In this document: in pieces, positions 25,101-36,110 of the stretch | Position numbering within the stretch: position 1 is the stretch's first letter | How the letters are laid out: every line of letters starts with the position of its first letter | Virus record (IMG/VR): IMGVR_UViG_3300049043_000070 | Coordinates: 64,001-128,000 of that record | From: a virus | Strand: one strand, 5' to 3' | DNA: 64,000 bases | Notes under the pieces: model-generated | What the model was told of the DNA's origin: nothing | What the model saw: the letters and a program-made list of their open reading frames with translations, nothing else | Databases searched by the model: none | Position numbers and translations under genes: made by a program

Positions 25101-27892
25101 TTCTGGAACTGGACTGAGATGTAATATTATTGTTTCTAATGGATCGGTAATTGAAGTTACCGTTACAAACTCTGGACTAAATTACACAGCAGACTTTAAT
25201 GTTTCATCGTCACCAGCTGAAATTGGTGGCGGTTCTGGTCTTGTGCTTGCTGCTAAATTGAATACTGTAAGCAAGCAATATGCTAATACATCTCTTGATA
25301 TTCAAAAGAGTAACTGATCTCACAATCTCTGCTGATGAATTTGGTACAATTGGTGTTGCTAGATTCAAAAAATCATAGCTCTTTATTGGTCAGGCGGGTA
25401 ATGGTTCGGTTGTTCTTAAGACTGGAGCCTGATAGCGGACTAGATGCTGATTTACTTGATGGAGCACAAGGAGCATATTATCTAAATGCTTCTAATATGA
25501 ATTCTGGTATTCTCTATCCTGTTGATAGACTTTCTGGTACATATAATATCAGTCATTTCTGGTCAATCAGGTAATACTATTCGTTTGATTTCAAATACAA
25601 CAAACCCAACATCAAATCCATCACCAAATGCTTTCTCTGCTGGTATTGTTTCTGATCTTAGAAATAATGTTTCAAACGGTCTTAGTGATGGTGGAACTAA
25701 AAACTTAGTTGTTACAATTAGACCAGGAGGATCTGGTTTTACTGTAGATGGTGGTGTCAAACAGTTAGCATTTACAGATAATGATAACATGTGGTTACGT
25801 GGTTCTGGAACTAACGTTAGACACCTTTGGTTCATGGTGAAGGTTTGGACATCACTAAATGATGGTCCTGGAACTGGACTTGATGCTGACAGACTTGATA
25901 ACAGACAAGGAACATGGTTCCAAAATGCTATCAATATGAATACTGGTATGCTAAGCGATAATCGCTTACCACCATACCAGACTAAAAAAGATTTCCAAGA
26001 TTTCGATTAGAATTCTTTCATTTACTGGGCAACCAAGATACAGAATTTATGTACCAGATGAGCTCTTAAATACCACACCATTCCTCCCTGGTCTCACAGT
26101 TAACCTTTATAATGCGAACGACCAAGGAACAGGTGTCATTTCTATTACTGATATACTAGTAAATAGTGATCCAAATGATGTATTTAATAATTACTCAATT
26201 ATTACTGGTACGCTAACAACAGGTAATTTTGTTGGTGCTGTATCTATTGGTATCGCAAACAACAAAAAACCATTCAAAGATTTTAGTATTGCTACTCTTG
26301 ATGCTAATGCCGATGGAATTCCAGATGGCAATTTTGTTGCTGCTACACTAGAAAGTGATGGTGGTACTGCTAACCTAAGACTTGGTAGAAAAGATGGTCA
26401 GGCATCATCCCCTGGTCTATATTTTAACTCATCAACACTTGCTGCTACTTATAATGCCGCTATTGTTGCTACAGGTGGTAACGGAATCTACCGCTAGTGG
26501 TACTCTTGATGTCAAGGTTGTTAATGCTGATGGATTCACACTTAATGGAAATAAGATCTGGAATGCTGGTAATGTAACATTCAATAGCACAAACGTTGTT
26601 TCTACAGCAGTCATTCGTGATGCTTCTGGTAACTTTGCTGCTGGTACAATCACAGCAAACTTAACTGGTGCCGCTTCTCAGAACGTTCTAAAGATCTGGC
26701 GATACCATGACTGGTTCGCTAACAATTACTGGTGCTGGAAGCAATCTGAGTGTATCTGGTACTTTAGGTGTTACTGGTAATACAACATTAACTGCGAACT
26801 TAACTGTTGACACTAATACTCTTTATGTTGATAGTGTCGGAAAACGTATTGGTGTTGGATTGAATCCATCATCCGCAGCAACATCTGATAGCAAACTTCA
26901 AGTATTTGGTGGTGCTCTAGGAACAACATCAGGTAATGCTACTTATATTGCTTCTTTTGAAAATACAAATTCAAACTATAGTAGATTATTAATCTTCCAA
27001 AGAAGAAATGCTAATGGATCTGATTGGCAAACAGAGTTCAACAAGAATCCAACAAAGAATAGATGTAACCGATCAAGCATATATCGAGTTCAACCCATCT
27101 GGTTCTACTTTTGGTCTTGCTTTAGGAACTCAGAATAACGAGTCTTTAAGATTAATTCAAACTGGTGAGGTTGGTATTCGTAAAACACCTGCTACTGGTT
27201 ATAACTTAGATGTATCTGGTAAAGGTAGATTCTCAACATCCATGGAAATTCGTGATGCTTCCGATAACTCTGGAGCACCAATTCTATTCCTTGGATCAAG
27301 TGGATTCAGAAACTTTAGAGTTGGCAATCAATTAAGTGCTAATGATGTATTTGAAATTACAGCATCTACAGCAAACGGAGGAACTACTTGGCAATCAACT
27401 CCAGCACTTGCTATTTCTGGCGCATCTCAATTAGTTGGTATTGGAACCACTACATTTACTAGTACAGCAACTGGATCAACCGTAGTTTATAAACTCAATG
27501 TAGAAGGAAACTTAAATGTAAACGGACAGGTTTATCAAAATAATCTTCCATTTGTAACTTCCAGATGGACTCAATCTACAAATGGAGCAGATATTCATAG
27601 ACTATCTCGTGTTGGTATCAATAAAGCAGATCCAACATTTACATTACATGTTCTTGGAAGTGCTAACATAGAAGGTCAAGATTTTGTTAGTGGCGTAAAT
27701 AATCGAGTTCTATATGCTAATGGAGATCGCCAGTGGCTAGATACATATGGAGTATTCAAGTCTAACCGCACAAGTATTGCTGAGAACGTTACTGTTCCAT
27801 CAAATACAAATGCTATGACGGCTGGCCCAGTATCCATAAATACAGGATATACAATCACAATTCAAGCAAACGCAGCATGGAGTATCGTTTAA
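19192..27892 (+). CDS. Giant tail fibre / fibre-like protein (~2900 aa) with a split beta-helix, helical repeats and a C-terminal fibre tip; split by indels
   Basis: Starts MSFQINSDREQIR. Has VYVSEQIGSDLNDGRS...PVRTIKRAA (beta-helix cap), DSGLDADLLDG and GTGLDADRLD fibre knuckles, VIRDASGNFAAGTITANL, and ends ENVTVPSNTNAMTAGPVSINTGYTITIQANAAWSIV*. Late promoter TAAATA at 19145. Confidence 0.75.
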
Positions 27893-27893
27893 C

Positions 27894-28755
27894 ATGAGTA
27901 ATCTTAGTGTAGGATATATTTCTGGAGGATCTCAGAATAACAATACTATTAGGATTCCTTCTGGTCAACTTTTGATGCTTGAAGGAAATTTACAAGTTCC
28001 TGTTTGGACTACTGCATCAAGACCTACATCTCCCAATATTGGGTTTATTGGATATAACAGTACTTTAGGTATTTTTGAACTATATAAAGGATCACCCGAC
28101 GGTTGGGTATCTACTGGGGCAGCATCTGCTCCAGATGGTTCTTCGATATCAAAAGCAGCGACATCTGGATTACAATTAAAAACAGATTATCCATCAAAAA
28201 CAAATGGATTATATTGGATTAAATCTCCTCTGATGCCAAATGCATTACAGATGTATGTTGATATGGTGGAAGATGGTGGAGGATATGATTTTTATAATAT
28301 TACAAGCGGTCCATCGGTTTCATATATTACAGAAACTCATGGTGGAACTTCATTAGGATTACCTTTGTGGGAAGGAAGAAGTCCTGGATGTTGGTTGGCT
28401 GCTTCTAAAGCAGTTGCATATTTTGATAATGCTAATTTTGGATCGTATTGGAACGCTTGTGGTCATGTTTACAAACCAAATGGTGGTGGAAACTACACTG
28501 GATGTATTATGAGAAGTTCGTATTATGGAGGGAATAATTGCCCCGATTGGAGAGTGGCAAGTAGTCAAAGATGGTGGATTAGAAACACCACTCACTCCGA
28601 ACCAAATGGTGACTATAATGGAAATGGATTTTTAGCAATTTATGGTGGTCAAATAGGCAACCCATTTGATGTAAATACTAATATGGGGATTTAATGATGG
28701 CGGTGCATATGCTACTGGAAATAGATATCTAGTTTCAACAAATACAAAGACATAA
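27894..28755 (+). CDS. Small fibre/adhesin-like protein with a fibrinogen-C-like segment
   Basis: WTTASRPTSP...GFIGYN...FELY fibre motif, then DGSS...AATSGLQLKTDYP..NGLYWI...QMYVDM..DGGG. A probable indel at ~28690 extends it to 28755. Confidence 0.6.
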
Positions 28756-28783
28756 TAAATATCACATATATCTGCTATAGATC

Positions 28784-29478
28784 ATGAATTTTGAAAATTT
28801 TGAACTGTTTCCAAAAGTGGTAACAATATACAGAATATGATCAAGAAAAACACCAAAAAATTATTGATATCACAAATCAAATAATTGAGAATATTAAACC
28901 TGGAAATAGTGAGTATTCCAAGAATGCTGTGGATAATTCTCTAACTCATTATTATAATCAATCAACATCTTCTTTACTTTATGAATGCTGAAGAACTAGA
29001 AGATTTTAGAAAATGGTGTTCTGATTGTGCAAAACACTTCATGACAGAGGTATTAGATTATACTATAGAAGAAAATAATTCCATACTCGTAACTGATTCC
29101 TGGTTGAATGTATGTGGTGAGAGATCACATCAAATTAAACACAATCATCATAATTGTTTAGTTTCTGGAACATATTATGTTACTAGGCAAGAATGGGTTC
29201 ATGCTGGAATTGAATTTTATAAACCAAATATAGAACTACATCCTATGCTGAGCTCACACAAGAACATGGGATGAACAACTCTAATAAATACACCAGATAT
29301 ATTGAAACTCTTTATCCATCTTCTGGTGATCTACTTCTTTGGTCTTCTGAGATGCTACATGGATATAATGGTATGACTAATTTTTGGGAAAGGAAGAACA
29401 TCTATCTCCATGAATTTTTTACCAAAAACAATAGATAATGGAAAATATTCATTCACTATTAAAGAATACGGAGAATAA
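28784..29478 (+). CDS. Putative 2OG-Fe(II) oxygenase, TIGR02466-like; split by indels
   Basis: N-terminal ELFPKVV; DSWLNV...HQIKHNHHNCLVSGTYYV; PSSGDLLLWSSEMLHG; R-T-S-I-S-M-N-F. This H-x-H...H...R layout is typical of the family. Confidence 0.7.
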
Positions 29479-29486
29479 TTTTACAA

Positions 29487-29771
29487 ATGGAATTTCCTAA
29501 AACAAGATCTGAATTTAGAGAATGGGCAAATCAAAGAAATAGCGACATTCAAAATTTTAATTCTAATCGTTCTAGGATGTATGGTCCTCTCGGAAAGCAA
29601 CTAGATCTTTTATGGCATGATATAAATAATGGTACTATCCCTGGTAGGGGTGGGTTATTTCATCAGTATATTGAGAATGTAAAATCTAGTGTTAAGAAAC
29701 CAGATTTTGATGTAGATGAATACCAAAATTTTGATTTTTCAAAAGAAAAATTTGTAGAGGATCTTGATTAA
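29487..29771 (+). CDS. Small tail-fibre-associated hypothetical protein
   Basis: RSRMYGPLGKQLDLLWHDI...YIENVKSSVKKP resembles the YP-x-IGDQLD-x-L-x-H...VK-x-x-x-PK motif common next to phage fibre genes. Confidence 0.55.
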   Translation: MEFPKTRSEFREWANQRNSDIQNFNSNRSRMYGPLGKQLDLLWHDINNGTIPGRGGLFHQYIENVKSSVKKPDFDVDEYQNFDFSKEKFVEDLD

Positions 29772-29776
29772 GAGTT

Positions 29777-30989
29777 ATGTCTAGCAAAATTAAAGTAGAT
29801 TTCCTAGAGACTTTATCTGGATCTGGAACTCTAACTTCCAACAATAGTATATCTGTAACTGGTAATATTAATTTTACTGGAGTCTCTGCAAAATGGAACT
29901 CCATTTTGTTACTTTACCATCACAAACTGATGCTACGAGAGGTTCATACTTAGTATCAGATGGTAATAACGGTGCCTTTTGGGCATATCCTGGAGGGAGC
30001 ACAGGAGCATCTTCTCCTTTATCTGGAACTTATAGATATTGGAGCATTTACACGCATGGATTTCTTGCTGGTGGATACAAAGGATCACAACCATGGAGAT
30101 CGGTGAATAAAACTTGGCATAATACTGATGTTACCATTTATTGCGGCGAGCAACTAGATAGAGCAGCATCATATTTAGATGGTACTTTTAGTCATTATAA
30201 TGCTTACGTTCATGGTTGTGTAGATAGCTTTCTGGTAATTCTGCCCATACATCATCATACAATTTACATAATGGTGTTTTGAGACAGAGAGGTGATGGAA
30301 CATTCTCCCAGCATACTTATGGTTATGATGGAGACAATCCAGCTGCTGTTATGGGATATAACACAGCAGGTGGTTGGAATATGAGTGTAGCAAGAGATTA
30401 TCATAGTTGCGCTACTAATATTATTGGAGAAGCAGGATATATTACTGGAGGTGGATCTTCCGCAACTGATAAGATGCATTTCCCAACAGAAATTATGTAC
30501 ACAACAAATGGTTCACCATCTGCTGCTAGTATGACATCTGGATGTGGGCAAGAATTTAGAGGATGGTTTAACATCGCTGGAACACAATGTTATATCACAT
30601 ACTCAAATGATAGCTGGACAAATCAAACATTCTGTGGTGGAGATGCTTGGAGTAAATTCTTACCATCAAAATGGGGATTTTTCTACGCAGGAACTGGTAA
30701 TAATGTTACTACTCCAATCAGAAAAGTAAATGGAATAACTGGAGCTAACTTATCAGACTTCAGTAAAATTAGATCTGTTGGTGAAGAAAACTACCAGATG
30801 GGTCAAGACTGGGGTTATATGTTAGGTAACTATGATAACCAACAAAATAATCATACGGTTAAATTTACATACGCAACGGATGCTCAAACTACTATGGGTG
30901 CTGCTACAAGACCCAAAGGTCATTATGGTCAATCATCTGGTGCATGTCCACCTGCAGCAGCAACTGTAACAGCAACGAGGGCACTATAA
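29777..30989 (+). CDS. Beta-propeller (Kelch-like) virion/adhesin protein, split by indels
   Basis: N-terminus MSSKIKVDFLE; repeats HGFLAGGY..., AGYITGGG...DKMHFPTE, WGYMLGNY...VKFTYATD. Confidence 0.55.
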
Positions 30990-31773
30990 TGAAATATCTA
31001 GTAATAAAATCATCTTTATTAGATCCATCAGCATTTCTTTCAGCAGAAGCTTCTGGTGATGAAAGATTTATTTTTGAAGAAATCTTTACCCTTTTAAATT
31101 TTAGTTGTATTAGAGTAACAGAAGAATTATTTTCTATCTACAAACAAATATGGAATGGGAAATATATTGAAGTTGAATCTTCTGTTGCAGAAAAGGGATC
31201 TATACATTTTTCAGAAATAAGAGATTTTGGTAGGGAGTTTATTAGTGGTGGATCTACTGGTCCATATGCTACAAAAATTGATGTGGAAATGACCTCTGAA
31301 TTGAAAGAAAAGTTGTAGCATTTATGAGATTATTTGCTAAGGAAGTGATTGAAGATGAATACACTAAAAGATATTTTGCTCTTAAAAACGTTTCAGAATT
31401 AGAAAGTGCTTCTTGGGAAATTCAAAAACACGAAGCACGAGAGTGGTTAGCATATGAAGGATCAGATGGACACAAAACTCCATTCTTAGATTACTTATCA
31501 GTAGAAAAAGAAATTGATAGAACAGAATTAGCAACTAAAATTTTAGAAAAGGCAGAATTATATGAAGATAATTTGTCAACTTTATTAGTAGAGATGCAAA
31601 AATTACTCAAATTATTTAAAAATGCCTCCACAATATGGGATCTAAATATATTATACGAAGATTATTTCAATATCATGATGCCCCAATCTCAAGCAATTGC
31701 TTTGGGCAGAACAGTATCTGAAACTGATTGGACTAGATTAACTGAGGTGAAATCAAATGGATTCAATTTCTAA
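30989..31773 (+). CDS. Tail-fibre assembly chaperone-like protein (indel at ~31315)
   Basis: ELESASWEIQKHEAREW...TPFLDYLSVEKEIDRTELATKILEKA..Y...L resembles the TW-x-x-Q-x-x-EA...TP-x-L-x-x-IA...LA-x-K motif of fibre assembly proteins. Confidence 0.45.
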
Positions 31774-32549
31774 GCATATTGACGCAAATAATATTGTCAA
31801 TTCAAATATATCTGATATAAAACTGAGTAAAGATTTTATAGAAGAATATAATATTTCAGATTTAGATTGGAAATTATTGGAATCTGCCTTACATATGGAG
31901 GGTGGTATGACAGATTATCAATGTCGTCATTTTGTAAAAAATTCCCAATTAACTCCATGGAGATCTGTAAGACAGTGTTTGTTGGAGCTCGAGACTAGGT
32001 ATCACTCATATGTTGAGATTAAATGTAGTCTCAGAAAAGCAGAAGTTTTAAGAAAAAAATTTTTACGTGATTATGAAAATTGTGATGACGAATTAGCAAA
32101 AGAACTCATCGAAATTGATATTGATAAAAACGATTATGATATTACTATTTGGAAAAGAAAGTATAATCAAGGCTCAGAAGGAAATGGATACCTTCCTAAA
32201 CTTAATTAAGGAGCATGTATCTACGGAAGAAGATATTAAATTCTTTACGGAGGTGAACGAAAGTGAAGAAAGAAAATATTGGATTGCTCGTATGGGAAAG
32301 CAAGCTGCTATGGATATTGTCTCTTACGGAAGAATTGGATCTGGAAATATGGATTTAATTGCTATGATGGATGAACAAGATCAGGTAGCATCATTAGAAA
32401 TTGCTATCAAATATTCGGGAATGATTGGCGGAGGTATTGATAAAATTAATAAAGCATTACAACCAGAGTTTCAAAATTACTTACAAGAGAAAGGAATTAA
32501 TGCTCCTCAATTATTACCACATGATTTTATAGGACAAAAGCAACTATGA
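31757..32549 (+). CDS. Conserved helical hypothetical protein (~260 aa, indel at ~32160)
   Basis: MTDYQCRHFV..QLTPWRSVRQCLLELETR...YWIARMGKQAAMDIVSYGRIGSGNM; two overlapping ORF fragments. Confidence 0.6.
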
Positions 32550-32761
32550 GACACTTGCAATTAGCACCAGTTATTCACGTAGAAATTTACAAAACATATA
32601 ACATAGATCCATCTTCAAAACAAGTGAATCAAGATGTTGTTTTAGACTTATGTAATCACCACCAAAGTAAAGTTACTGCTGAGGGTGATTACGCTTTTAT
32701 TAATGCGGTGGTATCTTCTTATGGCGATTTTCTCTCTTCCAATCAATCCGAAGCTAAATGA
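32546..32761 (+). CDS. Small hypothetical protein
   Basis: 71-aa ORF; ATGA overlap with the previous stop, and overlaps the next start. Confidence 0.4.
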   Translation: MRHLQLAPVIHVEIYKTYNIDPSSKQVNQDVVLDLCNHHQSKVTAEGDYAFINAVVSSYGDFLSSNQSEAK

Positions 32762-34418
32762 GGAGTTTGTAGAGGGAACTTTTATACCCTTTCTCAAATC
32801 ACACAAACATTTAATTTTTGATTTGTATTTTACTTGCCGTATGCCTCCTTTTTCGCAGGATGCTATGGGTGATGTTTTTGTTTCTGAAAAAGAGACAACA
32901 TATAATGCTGTTTATATTTCAAATCAAACAGAAATACCACTGTCAGCAACTTTCAATAACATATACGTTGTACCAAACCAACAAAATTTAAATTTGTTCA
33001 TAGAAAATTTTAAACCATTATATGATGTTGGTATAAGGACTGCTACTATACCACATACTTCTTGGATACTAACTGGTCAAATTCAAAAAGAGTTTCCAGA
33101 TCTTTATATAAAGAATACAATTCTCAGAGAAGTAGCAAAAGCCAATGATATTGTATCTCTTGCTAAGGCTGGATTTCATTACATCAATCTAGATAGAGAT
33201 TTAATGAGAGACAAAGATCAATTGCTTCGTCTAAAAGAAACAAAAGAATTTTGTATTGTAAATGGAATGCCAGTAAAGTTCTCTATGTTATCTAATGAGG
33301 GATGTTGGGGTGGTTGTCCAATAATGCCAGAGCATTACCATTATAACAGCACCAGAGAAAAAGATAATCCCCAATATTTTAATGATAGTATTAGTAGAAT
33401 TTCCTGCTCTAGTTGGGATGAAAAAGATCCAGCATCATCTCTAAAAGCAGCAAATCTTCCTCCATGGAAAAAAGACTGGGAAGAAATGTTTGATTTGGGG
33501 ATTGACATTTTCAAAATGCATGGTAGAGAATCTGGTATGCGTCTCAAAGAATCTATGGACATCATAGAAAGATGGAATTTGGATGAGGAATTATTATTTC
33601 CCCAATTTAATGATTACATGACTGATATGGAAATGGGAACCAGACCTATTGATATATGGAGAGATAAAATTAAGAGTTGTAAGTTTGATTGCTGGAATTG
33701 TAACTATTGCGATTCCGTTGTTAAATCAACCATGAAGAAGCAAAATCTCAAAGTAGATGAATATACGATACGGGTTTTAGATTTTATCGATAATGCTTCC
33801 TTACACACGACATCATTCGTAGAAAGTGGTTATGATGTTGAGGGTCTAAGTTCTAATAAAATTAGACATCTATTAAACAACTTGTGTTCTTACGAAGACG
33901 TAAAGTACCTAGAGATTGGAGTTTATAACGGTAGTACTTTTTGTGCCGCTATTCAAAATAATGATCTAATCGCATATGCTTGTGATACATGGGAAGATAA
34001 AAATATAAAACCATTTAGAGATGAAATTGAATGGAATAATGTTGAGGGTTCTTTGGAGACATTTATTTCTAATGTTGAAAAATATGGAACTGATGGTTCA
34101 GAAATCAATATTTTACAAGGTGATTGTAGAAGTATTCAACAAAAAAATGTACACCACAAAATCAATCTGATTTTTTATGATGGTAACCACGATTATGATG
34201 TTCAAAAAGAATCTCTAACAAATCTATTAAATTATGTTGACAATAAATTTATATTAGTTATTGATGATTGTAATTTTGATGGAGTTGTTGATTCGGTAGA
34301 TCAATTCATAAATACAAATAAATTAACCACCATTTTCAAGAGATTAATTTTAACCACTGAGTTAGAAGATGAACAATCATGGTGGAATGGTATTTACTTG
34401 CTCGTCTTAGAAAAATAA
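32721..34418 (+). CDS. U32-family (Fe-S, TIM-barrel) protein fused to a class I SAM-dependent methyltransferase
   Basis: N-half: INLDRDLMRD, LSNEGCWGGCPIMPEHY, ISC, GIDIFKMHGRE, CKFDCWNCNYC. C-half: YLEIGVYNGSTF, DTW, GDC, IFYDGNHDY, LVIDD, WWNG (Methyltransf_24-like). True start is probably the ATG at 32721 (MAIFSLPINPKL). Confidence 0.7.
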   Translation: MAIFSLPINPKLNEEFVEGTFIPFLKSHKHLIFDLYFTCRMPPFSQDAMGDVFVSEKETTYNAVYISNQTEIPLSATFNNIYVVPNQQNLNLFIENFKPLYDVGIRTATIPHTSWILTGQIQKEFPDLYIKNTILREVAKANDIVSLAKAGFHYINLDRDLMRDKDQLLRLKETKEFCIVNGMPVKFSMLSNEGCWGGCPIMPEHYHYNSTREKDNPQYFNDSISRISCSSWDEKDPASSLKAANLPPWKKDWEEMFDLGIDIFKMHGRESGMRLKESMDIIERWNLDEELLFPQFNDYMTDMEMGTRPIDIWRDKIKSCKFDCWNCNYCDSVVKSTMKKQNLKVDEYTIRVLDFIDNASLHTTSFVESGYDVEGLSSNKIRHLLNNLCSYEDVKYLEIGVYNGSTFCAAIQNNDLIAYACDTWEDKNIKPFRDEIEWNNVEGSLETFISNVEKYGTDGSEINILQGDCRSIQQKNVHHKINLIFYDGNHDYDVQKESLTNLLNYVDNKFILVIDDCNFDGVVDSVDQFINTNKLTTIFKRLILTTELEDEQSWWNGIYLLVLEK

Positions 34419-34419
34419 A

Positions 34420-35344
34420 ATGTCTCAACTAAATGTAGGTAAAGTTACTGCTTCTACTTCTAGTCAATTTACCAGCATTTACGCTACTGCTAATTTACCA
34501 TCAAATCAAAGTGAAGGTGCTGTAGTGTATGATAGTGATGTTAAATCTTAAAGTACTGGTCTGGTACATCTTGGTTAAAAGTTGGTGCAAACAAATAGTG
34601 ATGGATCTTCTGAAGTTGGGCAACTTCATCATCAGCAGCTATCTTGACAGTAAACGTGCAGCGCCAAATGGATTGTATTGGATTACAACTCCTACAGTAG
34701 GAGCAAGACAGATATATTGTGATATGACAGGTGGTGGATGGATGCTTCTGATGAGATGGAGCTGGTGAATGATGGTTTAGCATATAATGATGCCAGATGG
34801 ACTGATGCTAGCGAAAGTGGTAGAACTAATTTACATTCAAATTCATATGGTTCTTACGCTAAAGACGCAGCATTTTATTATTATGCTACCGCAGTCAAAG
34901 ATAAGAATTGATGCTGGTGGTTATCAGAGTCGAGAGCAGATGGTCAGTATAGAACATTTACTTTTGATTTTACTGGAACAAATACACCTGCTTCTTTAAC
35001 GTTTACTACTCGAAATAGAATGAGTTGGGGAACTGGGTATCTAATAGTAGATCGGTATGGGTTTACATGTTGGACAGGACAGAGATGGAACACCAGTATT
35101 TGAAAGATTTGGCATACGACCGACAAATCATTCAATTGGAAATGAAGGGAGGGGTAGACGAGGTTGTGGAGCAACCTATGATGTTTGGATATCAAGCAAG
35201 CTGATACTGAGAGTGCTTCAACTAATGATGTTAATAGTGGATTAGGGACACACCCCAGTTATTGTGGTGGAAGTCCTGGTCAATTTGCTGGAGGGTATGT
35301 TGGATGGGTCAACTGGCGGTTTTGTCAAAATTTGGGCAAGATAA
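34420..35344 (+). CDS. Second fibrinogen-C-like small fibre/adhesin protein, heavily broken by indels
   Basis: MSQLNVGKV...; DGSS...ATSSSAAIL...PNGLYWITTPTVGARQIYCDMTGGGWMLLMR; ends ...VKIWAR*. Confidence 0.55.
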
Positions 35345-35566
35345 ATGAAAGAATTTGTAGATGAATTTTGATATATGAACTAAAAAGTTACAGATGAGCA
35401 AAGATTACAACGATGGAATATTTGTTCTGTTTGTAGTTGTTTGGTTGGAGAATATATTGGTGCTTTAGGAATACAAGAACCAGATGATAAAAGGAAAAAT
35501 TGTAGTGAAGAAATGACAACTGCTTTTTGGTATACACAATTTGAACGAGCAAAATGCCCAAAATAA
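35345..35566 (+). CDS. Small Cys-rich protein (R-x-x-IC-x-x-C...CP), indel-broken
   Basis: QRLQRWNICSVC...KNC...AKCPK*. Confidence 0.4.
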
Positions 35567-35827
35567 TAAATGGTGATGAAGAAATTATTACGGATGCTAC
35601 AGAATTAATTAAAAGCGGTTTGATTGATATTGAAACCAGAAACAAAAGAATTGGTATATGTGAAAGTTGCGATGATTATTTGCCAATTTGGATTGGTGGA
35701 GAATATAACCAAGAACACAAAATCTTATGGTATTTGGACCCCAAAAGTGACTTGTAAACATTGTGGTTGTAATATGCCGTGGAAAACAAAATTCAATGGT
35801 GCTTCCTGTCCAATTGGAAAGTGGTAA
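35554..35827 (+). CDS. Small Cys-rich protein, DUF6171-like, one indel
   Basis: RNKRIGICESCD...TCKHCGCNMPWKTKFNGASCPIGKW*. Confidence 0.55.
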
Positions 35828-35863
35828 TATAAATAACTCAACACACCATTCAACGTGATAACT

Positions 35864-36061
35864 ATGGATACCGCACAACTCAAAAAGAACTTTGAAGAGC
35901 AACTTGCTACTACTGATAAGCAAATTGCTGAACTTGAAGAAAATATCACTAAGGCAAAAGAATACAGATTGAAGCTTCAAGGTGGTCTAGAAACTCTAGG
36001 TCTTTTAGAAGAACCAGAAGCAGAGGCAGAAGCAGCACCAACGGAAGTGGTTGCTGAATGA
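35864..36061 (+). CDS. Small coiled-coil conserved cyanophage protein
   Basis: MDTAQLKKNFEEQL...EYRLKLQGGLETLGLL; perfect late promoter TATAAATA at 35828-35835. Confidence 0.7.
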   Translation: MDTAQLKKNFEEQLATTDKQIAELEENITKAKEYRLKLQGGLETLGLLEEPEAEAEAAPTEVVAE

Positions 36062-36068
36062 TCCCAAG

Positions 36069-36102
36069 TCCCTTCTTACTAAATAGGTAAGAAGGGATTT
36101 TT
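36069..36102 (+). terminator. Rho-independent terminator with a late-promoter core in its loop
   Basis: Stem TCCCTTCTTAC (36069-79) / GTAAGAAGGGA (36087-97), loop TAAATAG, then TTTTT. Confidence 0.75.
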
Positions 36103-36110
36103 CGTGTCTA

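Noticed and set aside
5750-27892. Pseudogenised or programmed-frameshift tail genes
   Set aside because: The same 1-2-nt breaks hit essential genes (gp17, gp18, gp20, gp23) with no consistent slippery site, so sequencing error is far more parsimonious.
19192-35344. Diversity-generating retroelement acting on fibre tips
   Set aside because: No reverse transcriptase and no near-identical ~100-nt template/variable repeat pair differing at adenines was seen in this window.
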